Below the pieces are notes generated by a model. It had not been told where the DNA came from and did no database searches. It saw only the letters and a program-made list of their open reading frames with translations. Of a stretch of DNA of 10,160 nucleotides, positions 6,491 through 10,160 are shown piece by piece (the stretch's first letter is position 1; every line of letters starts with the position of its first letter). Location: contig JBHHUM010000077.1 of assembly GCA_046861645.1 (NCBI GenBank), positions 1-10,160 on the forward strand, in the 5' to 3' direction. This DNA comes from Fidelibacterota bacterium. GTDB taxonomy: Bacteria; Fidelibacterota; Marinisomatia; Marinisomatales; UBA2128. Position numbers and translations under genes: made by a program.

Positions 6491-7999
6491 TTATTCAATT
6501 AACACCATCTTTCTAATCAGATCATCGGAACCATTAGTAAGCCTATAATAATAAACTCCCGGACTGACAAAATTTCTACTATAATCACTGCCATCCCAGA
6601 TCACTCCGTAGTGACCAGAATCCATGGCTTCCCCTTTTATCAAAGTGACTACCTCCCTTCCCAGAATATTATAGATTGTCAATGTTACTTTTTCTCTTTT
6701 TACAAGTTTAAAAGGTATCGTCGTTGTGGGATTAAAAGGATTGGGATAGTTCTGATTCAGAACAATATTGCTGGGAATAAAGGTAGCTTTCCCATCCACT
6801 TCAGATAAACCATAGTTCGTAACAAAATAAATGTCATAATCTCCATTTCGTCTATCACTCCAGACAACATAGATGAAACCATCACTGCCGCTTACCATTC
6901 TCACTTCCCCTTGGGCTTCTCCGGTATCATCATCATTTATAACCTGAATGTCACCTAGTATAACATCTTCAGACATCATATTTCCATAATAGATATCTGC
7001 ACCATCACGGCGATCTTCCCAGGCAATATGAACTAAACTATCAGAGGTCATAGCAACCGAAGGATGATCTTGAATCACATCTGCTGCAGCAGAGGGATCC
7101 ACTATAATTGAGTCACCATAAGTTTCGCCACTATCAGAGGATATCTTCAGAAATGTTCGGGGTACGTCATCTACTCCAACCATGTAACCTATTGCCACGG
7201 TTGACTCTAGAACAGCCAGACTGGGACCTGAAGAAGGACAATACGAGATGAAGAAATCCTCATCGGAGATCTGGAAAAGGTCTCCCCAGTTATTAGAACC
7301 AGCTGGAGATCGTGTCCCGAAAATATCTCGTATGTTTTCATCATTATCTCGAAAAACCGCAATCTTTTGCCCATCCGGAAGAATTGCTATATCAGCTGGA
7401 CAACATTCACAGGGTATGCTCCCAGAGTAATTGCTTACTATAGTCTGAAATGAAAAACTTTCCCCACCGTTGACCGATTTCCGATACCGTATCCTTTCGA
7501 ATTCCAGAGTTGAGGAACTGTACTCATAGTATACTAAATGAATAGTTCCTGAATCATCTACATTTACTTCAGGGTAAAGATTAAATTTGAATCCACTTCC
7601 CACTGCTACTCCCGGACTCCACACTTCACCACCATCAGTAGATTTAGCCATATAAATGTTGGTGTTATAATATCCATCACGCTGATCTGCCCAGAACACA
7701 TAAAGATCACCTTCATATTCCTCAATTTTGGGATGATTGGAGATCAATGCTACCACATGTCCTGTGGCATCATTCACCTGAACACCCTCTGTGAACGTCA
7801 CACCATGATCATAAGATTTAGCGAAGTACACATTAGAACCATACCTGGTATCAACCCAGATGACATATATCATACCATCATCCCCTACAGTAATATCAGG
7901 TAGATTTTGAGTGGATTCAGCAATAATTACCGGAACATTGGAATTGAACTCTACAGCCCAAACTGACAAAGGAATTAAAAAGCTAATCCACCTACTCAT
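6491..7999 (-). CDS. Secreted BNR/Asp-box (sialidase-like beta-propeller) protein with C-terminal secretion-tail/FlgD-Ig domain
   Basis: N-terminal signal peptide MSRWISFLIPLSVWA. Asp-boxes SYDHGVTF, STDGGEVW, SVNGGESF, SSDSGETY, and repeated VxWxDxR blades. C-terminus LNQNYPNPFNPTTTIPF...IYNILGREV...SPGVYYYRL...KMVLI. Purine-rich RBS. Confidence 0.85.
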   Translation of the reverse strand: MSRWISFLIPLSVWAVEFNSNVPVIIAESTQNLPDITVGDDGMIYVIWVDTRYGSNVYFAKSYDHGVTFTEGVQVNDATGHVVALISNHPKIEEYEGDLYVFWADQRDGYYNTNIYMAKSTDGGEVWSPGVAVGSGFKFNLYPEVNVDDSGTIHLVYYEYSSSTLEFERIRYRKSVNGGESFSFQTIVSNYSGSIPCECCPADIAILPDGQKIAVFRDNDENIRDIFGTRSPAGSNNWGDLFQISDEDFFISYCPSSGPSLAVLESTVAIGYMVGVDDVPRTFLKISSDSGETYGDSIIVDPSAAADVIQDHPSVAMTSDSLVHIAWEDRRDGADIYYGNMMSEDVILGDIQVINDDDTGEAQGEVRMVSGSDGFIYVVWSDRRNGDYDIYFVTNYGLSEVDGKATFIPSNIVLNQNYPNPFNPTTTIPFKLVKREKVTLTIYNILGREVVTLIKGEAMDSGHYGVIWDGSDYSRNFVSPGVYYYRLTNGSDDLIRKMVLIE

Positions 8000-8033
8000 T
8001 ATCTCCCCCCTCCTTCTTGATGATACATTACGG

Positions 8034-10160
8034 TTATTTGATTAGTTGATTAAACATATTAGCATCATACCATTCTACAGCATGCCCCGCTCCAATACCA
8101 AGAATGTAATTAACAACTTTGATTATATCAAATACATCGATATTACCGTCATCATCATAGTCCGCAGCACACAGTTCATCTTCAGTAGGATCTGGCTCGA
8201 TTCCAAGTATGATATTTACTATCTTTATCACATCAAAAACGTCAACCACTCCATCAGAATTGAGATCTCCTTTCTCACACGGTGCCACAACACCAACATT
8301 AAAAAACTCCATAATACCAGCCACCAACGCTGTCAATTCTTCATTTTCCTCTAAACCTCCCAATTGAAAAGAAGTACCAACAGTTCGATAAATATCAGTA
8401 GCATTAGCTACACCACAGATATAGTCAACGTCAGAGTTTTCTAAAATTGAAAAAGCACTTTCTCCACCAGGAGCAAGATGATCTATCCAGGAATTCTCAC
8501 CACTATAGGTAAATTCCAAGCCTTCCGTAAATGTCCCTGGTAACCCAGCTACGAATGAAAGGTCACCTGTACCATCATCTAATCCATCAATTCCGAAATA
8601 ACTATGGAGAGTAGTAGGTGAATCGTACGCCCAGGTGTCGCCCCCTTCCATGTACAAGTTGCCACCATTTTCCAGATAATTAATTAATGCATTCACCTGA
8701 GCACCTTCACCTAAAACATAATTATTCGAGTAAATTCCCAGCAGCACGAAGATAGCTTCGAAACCAGCCATAGTAAGATCTTCACCAAACATAAACAAGT
8801 CATTGGTCACGTAAGCTGAGCGACCTGAAGCAGTGCTTATAACATTAAGAATAGTTTCAGCATTTGAACTTGAGTTCCCCATATCCCAAATCAAAATGGA
8901 AGGAGCTCCTCCAGCAAAACCGGTTACATGTACTGGATAACTGGTGCTATCATTTGTGATGAGTTGTGTCACGAAGGTATAAGAATAGGATTGCCCTTCA
9001 CCAAGCCCCTCGTCAAGATAGCTTTCTACACCCTGTCCCACTTCCATGAGGGAAGTACCATCCCGGGCGATGTTGATCTGAAAAGGACCAATCTCTCCGC
9101 CACCAAATAGCTCAGTAGGATCATCCCAGGTTAATTGAATAGAGGTGGGCATGGTTTCGTCACTGAAAGCAACCAGATTAGAAGGCGGGTTAGGATCCAG
9201 GTCATCGCTCATGGGTGGATAGTCATCCGGATCAATGAATCCCCGATCACCAAAATGTTGTACCAGCAGGTTGTAATGCTCTGCGCCAAACATATCAATA
9301 TCCGCCTGAATGATGGCCGCCGCCGCATCTGCCATGGTGGCGCTTGAACCGATCATGAAATGATTCTGGAGTACCAGAGCATCCATATTTTCCCGAGATA
9401 TACCAGGATCGGTGTGGCAGTCCCACAATCCAGCTGACCAGAGTTGACCAGCGTTATGAACACCGCCGCTGTTATCTTCAGGATAATGGTAGTTAGCATC
9501 AAGAATCCTGCCTGACCAGAAAGGATTATGTCCATCCCAGTTGAACACCCAGTTAGAGTGATGATCAGAAATGGTTAGACTGTGTGAACCTGCCCAATAG
9601 TCACCGAAACCCTCACCCATGGCTCCTTCGTCACCGCCGCCCCAGCTTGGGACCTGATCATGCTGAATGGCGTGACCGTATTCATGCAGGATTACATCGG
9701 CATCCTCAGCATCATCTACACCACCCTCTCCCCATGCGATGGCATCGGATCCGGGGAAATAGTAGGAATTGTCTGCGCCGTTTGCACCGTGAGGATCAGA
9801 GGTCTGTGACTCATTGTTCACATTATCAAAGCCGAGGGACTGGATGTATCGCTGCGTCATATCCACAAAGTAATAAACCAGAACATCCTCGAACCCGCTT
9901 TCTGTGCGAGTGAAAACAAAACCGTCGGGTGTTGTACTGGTGACGACCGGAACCGTTGGAGAATCCCAATCAACAACTGATACATGCGGTCCTAAAAGCT
10001 GATAAACCTCATCGGAGTAAGTTATATCCAGCAAGTCCGCTGTAAACCGCTCTCCGTTGAGTTGATCCGTATCTGCATCATTGTTGTCACTGAAACCGTC
10101 ATCACCATACTCTGCATAGGCGGAACTGAGTGGATCGGGATCCCAGATCATGCCGGAACC
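8034..10160 (-). CDS. M36 (fungalysin-like) zinc metallopeptidase with FN3-like domain and C-terminal dockerin, 5'-truncated by window edge
   Basis: The frame is open past 10160 (GSG-MIWDPDP). It has DADVILHEYGHAIQ (HExxH), a downstream GAMGEGFGDY (third ligand Glu) and GVHNAGQLW. FN3-like PPSNL..SIQLTW..YLDEGL..SYSY. Dockerin repeats GDLNSDGVVDVFDVIKIVNIIL and ADYDDDGNIDVFDIIKVVNYIL. Confidence 0.85.
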   Translation of the reverse strand, partial: GSGMIWDPDPLSSAYAEYGDDGFSDNNDADTDQLNGERFTADLLDITYSDEVYQLLGPHVSVVDWDSPTVPVVTSTTPDGFVFTRTESGFEDVLVYYFVDMTQRYIQSLGFDNVNNESQTSDPHGANGADNSYYFPGSDAIAWGEGGVDDAEDADVILHEYGHAIQHDQVPSWGGGDEGAMGEGFGDYWAGSHSLTISDHHSNWVFNWDGHNPFWSGRILDANYHYPEDNSGGVHNAGQLWSAGLWDCHTDPGISRENMDALVLQNHFMIGSSATMADAAAAIIQADIDMFGAEHYNLLVQHFGDRGFIDPDDYPPMSDDLDPNPPSNLVAFSDETMPTSIQLTWDDPTELFGGGEIGPFQINIARDGTSLMEVGQGVESYLDEGLGEGQSYSYTFVTQLITNDSTSYPVHVTGFAGGAPSILIWDMGNSSSNAETILNVISTASGRSAYVTNDLFMFGEDLTMAGFEAIFVLLGIYSNNYVLGEGAQVNALINYLENGGNLYMEGGDTWAYDSPTTLHSYFGIDGLDDGTGDLSFVAGLPGTFTEGLEFTYSGENSWIDHLAPGGESAFSILENSDVDYICGVANATDIYRTVGTSFQLGGLEENEELTALVAGIMEFFNVGVVAPCEKGDLNSDGVVDVFDVIKIVNIILGIEPDPTEDELCAADYDDDGNIDVFDIIKVVNYILGIGAGHAVEWYDANMFNQLIK

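Noticed and set aside
13..9913. Remaining short overlapping ORFs in the track (e.g. 1900..2352, 2421..2639, 3867..4103, 8046..8354, 9584..9913)
   Set aside because: All are nested in or antisense to well-supported genes and have no recognisable motifs.

Overview
Bacterial window, probably from an anaerobic or facultative FCB-group organism. This is an inference from the YPNPFN secretion tail and a dockerin-tipped peptidase, which are Marinimicrobia/Calditrichota-like. The + strand (1-3652) carries the 3' end of a heterodisulfide-reductase-like operon: a partial CCG-domain HdrD/GlpC-like gene, one 828-aa HdrA-MvhD fusion, an unannotated 48-aa zinc-ribbon gene and a stand-alone GAF protein. The ORF track splits the HdrA-MvhD fusion at an in-frame TGA (1003-1005). 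That TGA sits at a conserved Cys position and is followed by a SECIS-like hairpin, so it is very likely selenocysteine. The - strand carries, from the right: a partial M36-type metallopeptidase with FN3-like and dockerin domains, a secreted Asp-box propeller protein with a C-terminal secretion/FlgD-type tail, and two tandem 50%-identical ~72-aa membrane microproteins. These two have strong promoter motifs, a candidate operator, a long structured leader and hairpin-rich spacers. Citrate synthase follows, converging on the hdr operon. No RNA genes, CRISPR arrays or mobile elements were recognised.
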